Shown: positions 20,763-31,448 of the stretch, in pieces | Position numbering within the stretch: position 1 is the stretch's first letter | How the letters are laid out: every line of letters starts with the position of its first letter | Source of the DNA: an uncultured candidate division Zixibacteria bacterium | GTDB taxonomy: Bacteria > Zixibacteria > MSB-5A5 > UBA10806 > 4484-95 | NCBI GenBank assembly: GCA_963668625.2 | Contig: CAXXKA010000006.1 | Coordinates: 192,001-256,000, forward strand | Length of the DNA: 64,000 nt | Direction of reading: 5' to 3' | Notes under the pieces: generated by a model | Told to the model about the DNA's origin: nothing | What the model saw: only the letters and a program-made list of their open reading frames with translations | Database searches by the model: none | Position numbers and translations under genes: made by a program

Positions 20763-21531
20763 CAGGATAATCATTAATAGCACCGGCTGTGGTAACTACT
20801 CGAATAAAACCGCCGGGTCATCGTTTTTCATACAGGTAAAAAACTCCCTATATCAATTCGAAGCCGATGAGGGAATTTCCAGCGTCATCAATAAGAGCAA
20901 GCTGGATATAAACTCGATACGGTCTATCTTTATCTCGCATCTTCACCCGGACCATATTGTCGGTTTGTTTGTAGAATTGCAATCTATGCACCTTGCCGAA
21001 CGTATTGAGGCGCTCGAACTATATGTGCCGGGAGAGGGTATCACCCAGCTGGAAAGTTTTCTCGATATGCTGTACCTTTTTAAAGAGAAAATGCAGTTCA
21101 AATTGGTTGTCAAGCCCATCGATGTGGGATTATTTTTTGATGACGATGATCTCTCGGTTACGGCGATCGGGAATAGTCATCTAAACAAAAATGCTCGGTT
21201 GATAGATGAAAACGACAGATCGAATAAATGTCAATCTTATAGTTTCAAAATAGAGTGCGGTGACAAACGCGTATACTATAGCGGCGATATAGCCTCGATT
21301 GATGAGCTTACCGGAAAACTTGATAATATCGATATCGTTATTTCCGAGTTGTCGCATGTCGAGCCGCTCGAGGTGATCGATTTATGCGTAGAAAGAGGAG
21401 TTGAAAAGCTAATCTTCATCCATTTCATGGAAGACATCACTTTCGACCCGGATACAGTCCTCGGCAATTCTCGAAAGCGCGATTCGATTGATATTCACCT
21501 GGCGCATGAGGGGATGGTAATATCTATTTGA
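20755..21531 (+). CDS. MBL-fold hydrolase (RNase Z-like)
   Basis: SHLHPDH, YSGD and IH motifs. Confidence 0.8.
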   Translation: MPDRIIINSTGCGNYSNKTAGSSFFIQVKNSLYQFEADEGISSVINKSKLDINSIRSIFISHLHPDHIVGLFVELQSMHLAERIEALELYVPGEGITQLESFLDMLYLFKEKMQFKLVVKPIDVGLFFDDDDLSVTAIGNSHLNKNARLIDENDRSNKCQSYSFKIECGDKRVYYSGDIASIDELTGKLDNIDIVISELSHVEPLEVIDLCVERGVEKLIFIHFMEDITFDPDTVLGNSRKRDSIDIHLAHEGMVISI

Positions 21532-21615
21532 TTTATGAATGGCGCTATGGGAACATTTTTAAGCTATCTGCTTTTCTTATACATGTTGTAATAAACGATG
21601 AAAGGATTTTGAAAA

Positions 21616-22038
21616 TTGCCTGAAATAAAAAAAGCCAGAGTGAAATGGGTCGAGAACATGAAATTCGTCGGAACCGGCCCCAGTGGTAAGTCATTGATTA
21701 TGGATGCCCCCGAAAAATCGGGTGGTGACGGCAGCGCGGTTACGCCGGGCGAGTTAATGCTGATTGGCCTGGGCGGCTGCACCGGCGTGGATGTCGTCAG
21801 TATGTTGAAGAAGATGCGCGTACCGTTAAGGGATTTACAGGTTGAGATCGAGGCCGAGCCCGTAGAGGAGCACCCTAAAATATACAAATGGGTGAAAGTG
21901 ATTTATCGATTTTTCGGGTGTGAAAACGAGGCAAAGGCCGCCAAAGCTGTGGGAATGTCTAAAGAGAAGTATTGCTCCGTTTCGGCTATTCTCGGTAAGT
22001 CCGCCGAGATGAGGCATGAAGTTATTTTCGAAAAATAA
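21616..22038 (+). CDS. OsmC/YhfA family protein
   Basis: PGELML.GLGGCTG.DV and KYCSV motifs, TTG start. Confidence 0.88.
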   Translation: MPEIKKARVKWVENMKFVGTGPSGKSLIMDAPEKSGGDGSAVTPGELMLIGLGGCTGVDVVSMLKKMRVPLRDLQVEIEAEPVEEHPKIYKWVKVIYRFFGCENEAKAAKAVGMSKEKYCSVSAILGKSAEMRHEVIFEK

Positions 22039-22132
22039 CGTTACGTCTCATAAGGTTAACTGTTTCTCCCAGATAATCCCTTGACTTGAGGGAACATAAC
22101 AATCATTATAATATTTTATATTTAATTGGCTT

Positions 22133-23872
22133 ATGCAGAAAACCGCGTCCGAAATAGTAAAATCCTACCTCTACGGTCACAAGCGCATGTGGGCATATGG
22201 CGTGATAACGGTGATCATTACGACCGTATTCACGATGGCCGCTCCGTGGATATTAAAGCAGGCCGTGGATGCCTTGACCGAGAAAGTCTCCGTAAGTCTC
22301 CTGGCCTGGTATGCCGCCGCGATTGTTGGCGTAACTATAGTGCAAGGCGTATTCAGGTTTTTGATGCGCCAGACCATGATAGTGACCTCGCGAAATATCG
22401 AGTACGAGATTCGCGGTGATTTATTCGAGCATATATTGACTCTGGACAGACCGTATTTCGATAAGACGCCCACCGGCGATATAATGGCTCGTATGACTAA
22501 CGACCTGCTGGCGGTGAGAGCCATGGTCGGGCCGGGTATCATGTATTTCGTGCAAACGATATTCACTTTCTCGATAGCTATCGTTTTAATGTGGCTAATC
22601 AATCTCAAGCTGACATTAATATCCCTGGCGCCGCTTCCTATTATAAGCGGGTTGACATATTTCGTAGGGAAAGAGGTGCATAAACGTTACGCTAAGATAC
22701 AGGAACAGTATTCGACTATAACCTCGGAAGTGCAAGAGAATCTGGCCGGCATCCGGGTGGTGAAAGCGTATGTCCAGGAGGAAAACGCCATTAAGCGATT
22801 CTCTGATATGAATAATAGTTACGTGAATAAAAACATGGGCATGATACGTGTCTGGGGATTGTTTTTCCCGGTTATTTTCGGTTTCTCCAGCCTGGCCATA
22901 GCGTTGGTGCTGTGGATCGGCGGCAGCCTCGTTATCGATGAAGTCATAACCATCGGCGACCTGGTAGCCTTTACCTCGTACCTGGTGCTCTTGATGTGGC
23001 CTATGGCGGCGCTTGGCTGGGTGATTGGCCTGTACCAGCGAGGCATGGCCTCCATGGAACGTATCGCGAATATATTCAACGCCTCCCCGTCCATTAAAAC
23101 CGATCCTGGTTCTATCGTTGCGGAAGAAATTAAAGGTAGGATCGAGTTCAAGAATTTAACTTTCGCTTATGATGATGATAAAATCGTATCTGATATTAAT
23201 CTGACAATCGATTCAGGCCAGACCGTGGCGATCGTAGGACATACCGGCAGTGGTAAATCCACGCTGGTCTCGTTAATCCCGCTTTTATACCCCCTACCGA
23301 GGAGCATGTTGCTAGTCGATGGTGTCGATGTAAATGATTACGAGTTGGAATCGCTTCGTTCTCAAATCGGTTACGTGGCCCAGGAATCGATACTGTTCTC
23401 GCAATCGATACAGAATAATATTGCATTCGGTCCCGGTGTGGTGGAAAAAAGCGTCAAAGAATCGGCGGCGATTGCCGGGATATCCGGCGATATCGAGAGC
23501 TTTCCGTTGGGATATGAGACCATGCTTGGCGAAAGAGGTATAACTTTATCGGGAGGGCAGAAACAAAGAACCGCGCTGGCGAGAGCGCTGGCGATTCAGC
23601 CTAAAATTCTTATTCTCGATGATGTCTTCTCTTCGGTCGATACCTCTACCGAGGAACAGATTCTCCAAAACATGCGTAAGGTATTTTCCGCCTGTACCAC
23701 CCTGATTATCTCACATCGCGTTTCCACCGTAAAAAATTCTGATTTGATTATTATACTCAAAGACGGACGAATAGCCGAACAGGGTAACCATCAAGAGTTG
23801 TTGAAACAAGGCGGCATATACGCCCAGCTTCACGAGCAACAATTACTCAAACAGGAGCTGGAGTCGCTATGA
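22133..23872 (+). CDS. Heterodimeric ABC exporter subunit (MdlA/YheI-like)
   Basis: TMD plus GHTGSGKST, LSGGQKQR and a degenerate LDD Walker B. Confidence 0.9.
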   Translation: MQKTASEIVKSYLYGHKRMWAYGVITVIITTVFTMAAPWILKQAVDALTEKVSVSLLAWYAAAIVGVTIVQGVFRFLMRQTMIVTSRNIEYEIRGDLFEHILTLDRPYFDKTPTGDIMARMTNDLLAVRAMVGPGIMYFVQTIFTFSIAIVLMWLINLKLTLISLAPLPIISGLTYFVGKEVHKRYAKIQEQYSTITSEVQENLAGIRVVKAYVQEENAIKRFSDMNNSYVNKNMGMIRVWGLFFPVIFGFSSLAIALVLWIGGSLVIDEVITIGDLVAFTSYLVLLMWPMAALGWVIGLYQRGMASMERIANIFNASPSIKTDPGSIVAEEIKGRIEFKNLTFAYDDDKIVSDINLTIDSGQTVAIVGHTGSGKSTLVSLIPLLYPLPRSMLLVDGVDVNDYELESLRSQIGYVAQESILFSQSIQNNIAFGPGVVEKSVKESAAIAGISGDIESFPLGYETMLGERGITLSGGQKQRTALARALAIQPKILILDDVFSSVDTSTEEQILQNMRKVFSACTTLIISHRVSTVKNSDLIIILKDGRIAEQGNHQELLKQGGIYAQLHEQQLLKQELESL

Positions 23873-24450
23873 GCTATGTTTTGTCCGAGGATCTGGCCGA
23901 CCTGGAGCGCAACCTGGGCCGGCCGCTGGAATTGTCCACGACGTTCAGTATGTCATCCGCCGAGATGGATATAGTGAGAGGTAGTCAACGAAACGGTCGC
24001 GCTCATGATATAACGATGTTCATTCACAAAGGCAAACAGTTGCTATTCAATGCCAAGCATTTTTATCCCAAAGAACTGCTACGCGCCCCCTCGGGAGGGT
24101 CGAATCCCGGCGAAACTATCGAGGCGGGGGCAAAGCGCGAGGCTTATGAGGAAACGGGCGCGGTGATAGAGCTCGAACGTTACCTGGCGCGAATCAATGT
24201 GAGATTTTATAGCAGGGATAACAGCGATGAGAATATCGATTGGACCTCTTATGTGCTCATGGCAAGATATATATCGGGTGAGATAGAGCCGATAGATACG
24301 CACGAGATCCGCGAGGCCAGGTTCGTCGATATCGATGAGATACCGACATTTAACAAGATAATGAAACGATCGGATAGAGGTGGCTTTCACTACCGCGCTT
24401 ATATATCCGAAAAAATAACGCCGTTAATAGTTAAGGACATCTCCGAATGA
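23869..24450 (+). CDS. NUDIX hydrolase
   Basis: Nudix box G-x5-E-x7-REAYEETG. Confidence 0.88.
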   Translation: MSYVLSEDLADLERNLGRPLELSTTFSMSSAEMDIVRGSQRNGRAHDITMFIHKGKQLLFNAKHFYPKELLRAPSGGSNPGETIEAGAKREAYEETGAVIELERYLARINVRFYSRDNSDENIDWTSYVLMARYISGEIEPIDTHEIREARFVDIDEIPTFNKIMKRSDRGGFHYRAYISEKITPLIVKDISE

Positions 24451-26246
24451 GTCAGGATATTCACGAGGAAGAGGTATTAGGTAAGGCTTATGACAGCCGT
24501 TTGATGCGGAGGCTTCTATCGTATCTCAAGCCCTATAGATGGCTGGTGGCCGTTAGCGTTACCGTTCTTATCATCTCCTCACTGGCACAGCTCGCCGGGC
24601 CATATATCACTAAGATCGCTATCGACGAGTATATTGTCAAAGGCGATAAGGACGGGCTTTTCAAAATTATCCTGATCTTCCTCGGCACGATCGGTATCGG
24701 ATTCAGTCTTCAGTATTTTCAGGTTTACCTTATGGAGTATGTCGGGCAGCGTGCGATGTATGACCTTCGCATGCAAATATTCTCGCATGTGCAACGGATG
24801 GACCTGAAGTTTTTCGATAAGAACCCGGTTGGCCGTGTATTGACGCGTATCACATCCGACGTTGAAACTCTTCACGAGTTGTTTACCTCCGGCGTGGTTG
24901 CCATATTCGGAGATATATTCACTCTGGCGGGTATCGTTATAGTGATGCTATCGGTTAACTGGAAGATGGCGTTGGTTATATTTTCGGTATTGCCGATTTT
25001 GATCGTTGCTACGATGATATTTCGTAGAAAAGTAAGGCAGTCTTTTAGGGATGTCAGAACCTCGACCGCTAAAATCAATTCGTTTGCCCAGGAGCATATC
25101 TCGGGTATCACCGAGGTGCAAAGCTATATAGCCGAGGAACGAACGAGTTCGGGTTATAATATCATAAACGATGAGCTACGCGGGGCGCATGTCAGAACAG
25201 TGTTTTACTACGCCGTGTTCTATCCGGTTGTCGAGCTTGTCGGAGCCGTATCGCTGGCGTTGATTATCGCCTACGGCGGCGGGCTGGTACTCGAGGGAGC
25301 GTTTACTCTGGGTGCGCTGGTGGCGTTCATTCAATATGCAGACAGGTTTTTCAGACCTATACGCGATCTATCGGAGAAATACAATATTCTGCAATCGGCG
25401 ATGGCCTCCTCCGAGAGAATATTTAACCTGATCGACGGCGAAAGCAGCGTTATCAGTCCGGCTAAAGGCGTCAAATCGGGCAGGGCGGATGGCAAGATAG
25501 AATTCAAAGATTTCCATTTCGAATACGAGAAAGATAATCCCGTTCTCAAGGGGATAAACCTGAAAATCGAGCCGGGCGAAAAGATCGCTATCGTAGGAGC
25601 CACCGGTTCGGGTAAGTCTACCCTGGTATCATTGCTTTGCCGTTTCTACGAATACGAGCGGGGGGATATACTGGTAGATGATATCTCGTTGAAACGATAT
25701 AATGAACAGGAACTTCGTAAAAATATCGCCCTGGTGCTTCAGGATGTTTACCTGTTCTCCGGTGATATAGCTCGCAATATTCGTCTCGATGAAAAAGATA
25801 TTCCGATTGAACGAGTAAAACAGGCGGCCAGGGAAGTAGGCGCCGACAGATTTATCGAGCATTTAAAGGATGGCTACAATTACAAGCTTACCGAACGCGG
25901 CGCCAATCTGTCTGTCGGTCAACGGCAGTTAATCGCGTTCGCGCGCGCATTGGCGTTCGATCCGGCGATTCTGATACTCGATGAGGCGACATCATCTATA
26001 GATACCGAAACGGAGATACTCATACAGAAAGCATTGAAAAGGCTATTAGCCAATCGTACCTCGATAGTGATCGCCCACAGGCTTTCGACTATCAAAGGCG
26101 TCGATAAGATCGTCGTGATGCATAAAGGCGCTATCAGGGAGATGGGGACGCACGAGCAGTTACTGAAGCAGGAGGGTATCTATTACCGCCTCTACCAGTT
26201 ACAGTACAAGGATCAGGAGGTATTAGCAGAAAATGGGCAAGTATGA
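24447..26246 (+). CDS. Heterodimeric ABC exporter subunit (MdlB/YheH-like)
   Basis: TMD plus GATGSGKST, LSVGQRQ, LDEATS and IAHRLS. Confidence 0.9.
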   Translation: MSQDIHEEEVLGKAYDSRLMRRLLSYLKPYRWLVAVSVTVLIISSLAQLAGPYITKIAIDEYIVKGDKDGLFKIILIFLGTIGIGFSLQYFQVYLMEYVGQRAMYDLRMQIFSHVQRMDLKFFDKNPVGRVLTRITSDVETLHELFTSGVVAIFGDIFTLAGIVIVMLSVNWKMALVIFSVLPILIVATMIFRRKVRQSFRDVRTSTAKINSFAQEHISGITEVQSYIAEERTSSGYNIINDELRGAHVRTVFYYAVFYPVVELVGAVSLALIIAYGGGLVLEGAFTLGALVAFIQYADRFFRPIRDLSEKYNILQSAMASSERIFNLIDGESSVISPAKGVKSGRADGKIEFKDFHFEYEKDNPVLKGINLKIEPGEKIAIVGATGSGKSTLVSLLCRFYEYERGDILVDDISLKRYNEQELRKNIALVLQDVYLFSGDIARNIRLDEKDIPIERVKQAAREVGADRFIEHLKDGYNYKLTERGANLSVGQRQLIAFARALAFDPAILILDEATSSIDTETEILIQKALKRLLANRTSIVIAHRLSTIKGVDKIVVMHKGAIREMGTHEQLLKQEGIYYRLYQLQYKDQEVLAENGQV

Positions 26247-27032
26247 TAACAGGCTGGCGACCGCCATCGATGCAGCCAAGGCGGCTGGATCGTATCTATT
26301 AGAGATTTTAAACGATAAACGCGATATCAGTAAAAAGGGCGTAGTCGATATAGTAACCGACGCCGATAAAGGCGCGGAGAAAATCATCCACGAGATAATA
26401 AATATAGAATTTCCCCAGGATCAGTTTTTGCCGAGGAGGGCACCGAGGATAAGGGGATCAGCGGACTCACCTGGATTGTCGATCCCCTGGACGGCACCAC
26501 GAACTATGCCCATCGATTCCCGGTATTTTGCGTATCTATCGGGTTGGTCAAGGATGGCGAGCCGATTTTAGGCGTTATATACAATCCTAATATGGATGAG
26601 CTTTTCACCTCGTACAAAGGCGAGGGCGCATACTTGAATGGTCAGAAAATCAGCGTATCATCGAACGATAAATTGATTGAAAGCTTACTGGCAACCGGTT
26701 TCCCATATGATATCAGGGAATCGGAAAAGGATAACCTCGATAATTTCGCGCTGTTCTATAAACGGGGCGCGCAGGCTGTCAGGCGGGCCGGTTCGGCGGC
26801 GATTGATCTGGCATATACCGCCTGTGGTCGTTTCGATGGTTTCTGGGAGATGAAACTTCATGCCTGGGATATAGCGGCCGGGATACTCCTGGTTGAGGAA
26901 GCCGGTGGTACGGTAACCGATTTCAATGGTGATAGGGTAGACCTTTTCAAAGGAGAGGTGATCGCTTCCAACGGAGTGATTCATTCTCAGATGAAGCAGA
27001 TATTAGAGGATTCTAAAGCGGGCGTGAAATAA
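26233..27032 (+). pseudogene. suhB: Inositol monophosphatase, frameshifted near 26425-26430 (possible sequencing error)
   Basis: Adding one base gives DQF-AEEG...WIVDPLDGTTNYAH, which continues into GSAAIDL and WDIAAG. Confidence 0.85.
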
Positions 27033-27314
27033 TGATCATCCTTATCTCTGGTTTCTCCCGCCTGTTGTGATTGTTGAAAAAGTCCAAATTAGGCAGTTGC
27101 GGTGTCAGGAATACTTTCCTGAAACCTGTTACATGCGGGATGTCGCCGGGAAAGGATGAACAACGGATTTCGTCCGCCCAGTGACTCATGGAATAGATAT
27201 TTTCAACAACCCCGCCGTTTAGTGATGTGCTTTCCTTTTAGTAGACAGCGTTTCTACGACGCGTTAGCAAGTTCCTACGCAGCGCTCCAGAGCCAGAGGT
27301 ATGAGTAACCGGGC

Positions 27315-28025
27315 TTATTTAACACCAACGATCTCCATCTCCGGCGCGCAGGCGAAACCATTGGCTTTGATATAATCGATGATATAACGCGCCTCTTTTT
27401 CCAACTCAAGATATTCCGGTAGATGTTTTATTTTCTGCAGGCGTTCCTCTGTTTCTTTTATTTCCCTTTCCACTTTTCCATCTTTTTCGGGATCACATTT
27501 GGTGCATAGGTACTCATCCAACTCGTATTTGGAAAGTTTTAAGCCCTCGATTAGCTCTATGATCTCATCACGTTTCAATGATGGATAATGCGATTTGCCC
27601 TCCAGTCTATCGATTTTGGAGTGCCAGTGATGCATCAGCATATCCGAGGTCTGTTTCTCGTTCAGGTTATCGCCGTACATCTCGCGTATTACCAGAAGCC
27701 CGCCTGGTTTTAGCACGCGTTTTAGCTCAAACATACATTTCTTCGGATCATCCAGATGATGAATGCCCACGTTCATAGCAACTATATCGAAACAATTATC
27801 TCTAAATGCCAGTTGATGAGCATCCGTAACAATGAAATCTCTATCACTTTCCTGAAATATTTTATTGTCTTTCGTATAACCTTTTGTATAACGATCAGCT
27901 CCCACAATATATTTATAGCTTTTAATATTTTTAGTGATAGTGTTAATGAAATCCCCCGAATAAGTCGCGACATCGAGGATATAGCCGAAGTCCTTCCCCT
28001 CTAGATATTTATCAAACAAGCTCAT
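27315..28025 (-). CDS. Class I SAM-dependent methyltransferase
   Basis: ILDVATYSG, DAHQLAF.DN.FD, IHH and RVLKPGG motifs. Confidence 0.85.
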   Translation of the reverse strand: MSLFDKYLEGKDFGYILDVATYSGDFINTITKNIKSYKYIVGADRYTKGYTKDNKIFQESDRDFIVTDAHQLAFRDNCFDIVAMNVGIHHLDDPKKCMFELKRVLKPGGLLVIREMYGDNLNEKQTSDMLMHHWHSKIDRLEGKSHYPSLKRDEIIELIEGLKLSKYELDEYLCTKCDPEKDGKVEREIKETEERLQKIKHLPEYLELEKEARYIIDYIKANGFACAPEMEIVGVK

Positions 28026-28228
28026 ATTGTCTCCCGGTGAATAATAAGTATTGGCAATATGATATCATAATAGTTTGCCAGATGGAAGATAAATTTGAAA
28101 ACATCTAATTTCTTGATCTTTTAGGCGCGTTTTATTATCCTGTAAGTCTATGCGAGAGCGTTTGACATCATTATGAACCATACGAAAATGTGTAAAATCT
28201 AATAAATCGATTAACTCAAGGAGAGGAT

Positions 28229-29083
28229 ATGGAAGTCAAAAAGTTAGGTATCTGCGGATTTGGCCAGATGGGTTCGGGCATCGCCGAGGTCGCGGCCAAG
28301 GCTGGCGTAGAGGTCGTAGCTCGGGAGATCAACACTGATCTTCTGGATAATGGACTCGGCCGGGTACAGAAATCATTAGGCCGTGCGGTGAAAAAAGGCA
28401 AGCTGGAGCAGGCCGCCGCCGATGAGATATTCGGCAGGATTAAAGGCACGACGGCTCTCGAGGATCTGGCCGAATGCGACCTGGTTGTCGAGGCTATAAT
28501 CGAAAATATCGATGAGAAACTGGCTGTCTGGAAAACGCTCGATAGTATTATCAAAAAAGATGCCATCTTCGCCTCCAACACCTCCTCGCTGTCTATCACC
28601 GAGATGGGTGCGGCTACCGGCCGTCCCGAGCAGTTTTGTGGGCTGCACTTTTTTAATCCGGTCCCGGTAATGAAATTAGTCGAGGTGGTCAGGACTATCG
28701 CCACCAGTGATGCTGCTTTCGAAACCGCTAAAGCTTTCGGCGAGAAAGTCGGCAAGGTCGTTGTCACATGTAAAGATTCACCGGGATTCGTGGTCAACCG
28801 CCTGTTGGTACCGTACTTGTTCGATGCTATCCGGGCGTTCCAGGACGGCGTTGCCACCAAAGAGGATATCGATAACGGTATGAAGCTGGGCTGTGGCCAT
28901 CCCATGGGGCCGCTCGAGCTTAATGACTATATCGGTCTGGACACGATGTATTATATCGGCGAGATATTTTTCGATGAGTTCAAGGATGATCACTACGCGC
29001 CCCCGCCACTTCTGAAACAGATGGTTAAAGCCGGTTATCTCGGTCGTAAATCAGGACGCGGTTTCTACGACTACTCGAAGTAA
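28229..29083 (+). CDS. hbd: 3-hydroxybutyryl-CoA dehydrogenase
   Basis: G.GQMGSGIA, ASNTSSL, HFFNPVP, PGFVVNR and HPMGP motifs. Confidence 0.93.
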   Translation: MEVKKLGICGFGQMGSGIAEVAAKAGVEVVAREINTDLLDNGLGRVQKSLGRAVKKGKLEQAAADEIFGRIKGTTALEDLAECDLVVEAIIENIDEKLAVWKTLDSIIKKDAIFASNTSSLSITEMGAATGRPEQFCGLHFFNPVPVMKLVEVVRTIATSDAAFETAKAFGEKVGKVVVTCKDSPGFVVNRLLVPYLFDAIRAFQDGVATKEDIDNGMKLGCGHPMGPLELNDYIGLDTMYYIGEIFFDEFKDDHYAPPPLLKQMVKAGYLGRKSGRGFYDYSK

Positions 29084-29095
29084 GGGAGAGATACG

Positions 29096-29878
29096 ATGGA
29101 TTATAAGAATATCAAATTCGAGATAGATGCCCCGGTGGCGATTGTCACTATCAACCGTCCCGAGGTGCTAAACGCGCTTAACGCCGATACTATCACCGAG
29201 CTGGAGCATTGTTTCGATGCTTTAGCTGAGGCGAAGCAGGTGAAATGTGTCATCCTGACAGGCGCTGGCGAGAAATCGTTCGTGGCCGGCGCGGATATCA
29301 ACGAGCTTAACACCGATACGGTTATCACCGGTAAAAACCGCTGCCTTCGCGGGCAGATGGTATTCTCGAAAATCGAGAACCTGCCTAAGCCGGTTATCGC
29401 CGCGATTAACGGGTTCGCGCTCGGCGGCGGCTGTGAGCTATCGCTTGCCTGCGATATCAGGCTGGCCTCGGAGAACGCCAAGATGGGGCAGCCCGAGGTG
29501 AACCTGGGGATCATCCCCGGTTACGGTGGCACGCAGCGGTTGGCGCGTGTGGTCGGCCCGGGCATGGCCAAGAAGATGATTTTCTCCGGCGATTTCGTGC
29601 GCGCGGATGAGGCGCTTCGTATCGGCCTGGTCGAGGCAGTTTACCCTCTGGAGGAGCTTTTAAACGAGGCTAAGAAGCTGGCGCAGAAAATCTGCACTAA
29701 AGGCCCGTTGGCAGTTACCTACGCCAAGCAGGCTATCAACCTCGGGTTGGATACCGACCTGAAGAGCGGCCTGGCGTTCGAGGCGGAGGCATTCGGCGGC
29801 ATATGCGGCACGGATGACAAGAATGAAGGCACAGGAGCATTCCTGGAGAAGCGAGAAGCCAAGTTTGAGGGGAAATAA
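29096..29878 (+). CDS. crt: Short-chain enoyl-CoA hydratase (crotonase)
   Basis: AGADI, ALGGGCEL and QPEVNLGIIPGYGGTQRL motifs. Confidence 0.9.
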   Translation: MDYKNIKFEIDAPVAIVTINRPEVLNALNADTITELEHCFDALAEAKQVKCVILTGAGEKSFVAGADINELNTDTVITGKNRCLRGQMVFSKIENLPKPVIAAINGFALGGGCELSLACDIRLASENAKMGQPEVNLGIIPGYGGTQRLARVVGPGMAKKMIFSGDFVRADEALRIGLVEAVYPLEELLNEAKKLAQKICTKGPLAVTYAKQAINLGLDTDLKSGLAFEAEAFGGICGTDDKNEGTGAFLEKREAKFEGK

Positions 29879-29894
29879 AGAGTTTTGGTTTGGT

Positions 29895-29925
29895 GGGGCG
29901 TTCGGATAGAGCGCCCCTTTTATTT
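29895..29925 (+). terminator. Rho-independent terminator
   Basis: GGGGCGTTC-GGATA-GAGCGCCCC-TTTTATTT. Confidence 0.75.
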
Positions 29926-30093
29926 ACTTATTTTGCTGTATTAATTGTTCGCCATTCTCACTTCTTAAATTCATATCGCTTATAAACCTAGAACGTAGTC
30001 TGTTTCTGCTTCTGCCTGCGCTCGTATAAGCATCAGAACTTAATCTTCTGTGAGCATGAATAATGAATAGATAATCCTTAACCGAGTAGCCGC

Positions 30094-30120
30094 GTAGGTC
30101 AAAACCCCTGCGGTTTTGAC
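30094..30120 (+). repeat. GTAG-type REP element
   Basis: GTAG-GTCAAAACC-CCTGC-GGTTTTGAC, with further copies at 44018 and 44195. Confidence 0.75.
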
Positions 30121-30258
30121 GTTTTAAAAAAGATGCACTGATTTTTCCTTCATAGGACAACTTTTTCAGGGAGCCTGAAAATCCCAAAAACAATTTTCAC
30201 CATCTTAGCGTTATATACTATATTAGCCATACCAACACACGCCGATTAAGGAGAGACT

Positions 30259-31056
30259 ATGGATATACCAAAACCGATTCATTATTTCGTCGAGCTGCAC
30301 GGCACGCGCAAGGGCTGGCCGGATAATATGACCGAGGCCGAAGAGCAGGTGATGAACGAGCATTGCCTGTATCTTAAAGAACTCACTCTCAAAGGCAAGG
30401 TGCTGATGGCCGGGCCGGTGTCCGGCAAATTCGGCATGATCGTGCTATCGGTATACAGCAAAGATGAGGCCCGTACGATCATGCAGGCCGAGCCCTCGGT
30501 TAAAGCCGGAGTGCATACCTACACCATGACCGAGATGACAACCTCGCTTGTAGCTAACTGCACGCCAACTTTTCGTTATGCTGAAAATGTCACGGATAAA
30601 GCGATTCGCAAAGAGGTGATAGTAAGCGGTACGCTTCCTGAGGTATGGCATGCCTGGACCACCACCGAGGGCGTGAGCACGTTTTTCTCGCCGACCGCAA
30701 AGGTGGAGCTTAGACAGGGCGGGCCGTTCGAGATATATTTCCTGAACGATAATCCCTACGGCATGAGAGGCTCGGAGGATTGCAAGATACTGTCATATCT
30801 GCCTGAGAGGATGCTCTGTATCGAATGGAACGGGCCGCCGCAGTTCGGGAAGCTTCGCTACAAGAAAACGCAGGTGAATATCTTTTTCACCGAAATCGAT
30901 CCGGGTAAGGTGAAAGTCGAGTTCATCCAACATGGCTGGGGTAATGGTGAGAACTGGGATAAGCTGTATGATTATTTCGATAAGGCCTGGGAATATGTGC
31001 TGGGCAACCTGGTCAAGCGTTTCGAGAGCGGGCCACTTAATTGGGATGCGGAATAA
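30259..31056 (+). CDS. YciI-like + SRPBCC/AHSA1 fusion protein
   Basis: N-terminal H..YL..L...G....AGP...EP.V (YciI). C-terminal EVWHAWTT.EG...HGW...W (SRPBCC). Confidence 0.8.
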   Translation: MDIPKPIHYFVELHGTRKGWPDNMTEAEEQVMNEHCLYLKELTLKGKVLMAGPVSGKFGMIVLSVYSKDEARTIMQAEPSVKAGVHTYTMTEMTTSLVANCTPTFRYAENVTDKAIRKEVIVSGTLPEVWHAWTTTEGVSTFFSPTAKVELRQGGPFEIYFLNDNPYGMRGSEDCKILSYLPERMLCIEWNGPPQFGKLRYKKTQVNIFFTEIDPGKVKVEFIQHGWGNGENWDKLYDYFDKAWEYVLGNLVKRFESGPLNWDAE

Positions 31057-31227
31057 AAAAAGCTTTACTGGCTTCCGCTATCGGGCTTTAAAAAAAAAAC
31101 TGCCTTATGCATCGCCGGGCGTACGAAGTTCTTTGTTCATCCTTTCCCGGCGGCATACTGCGTGAAAACTGTAGGAAGGAAAGGATTCCCTCCTTCTCAG
31201 TAAAACCTCTCAGCCAAATATTCTTCC

Positions 31228-31262
31228 GGATTGCTTCAATTACTTCGCTCATTCGCAATGAC
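31228..31262. repeat. Palindromic element of GTCATTGCGA...GAAGCAATC type (degenerate copy at ~31811-31842)
   Basis: The minus strand reads GTCATTGCGAATGAGCGAAGTAATTGAAGCAATCC. Confidence 0.5.
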
Positions 31263-31448
31263 GATATGAGGACTTTTTCAACAAGCCCGTCCATGGGATG
31301 ATATCGAAATTTATTGTACAATTGATAATCATAATTTTGTGTTATTCCATACCACTTGCCAAACTGGTTTAACCGTTATATAATAATCGGTAGTTGTAAT
31401 AAGAGTTACTGTCGATAAGGTGCTAATGAAAACAGTCTGGAGCATCAT

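Noticed and set aside
27071-31284. Composite transposon carrying methyltransferase-hbd-crt between 15-bp inverted repeats
   Set aside because: There is no transposase or target duplication, and the left end already has a nearer partner at 27196-27209. Independent MITE relics are a simpler explanation.
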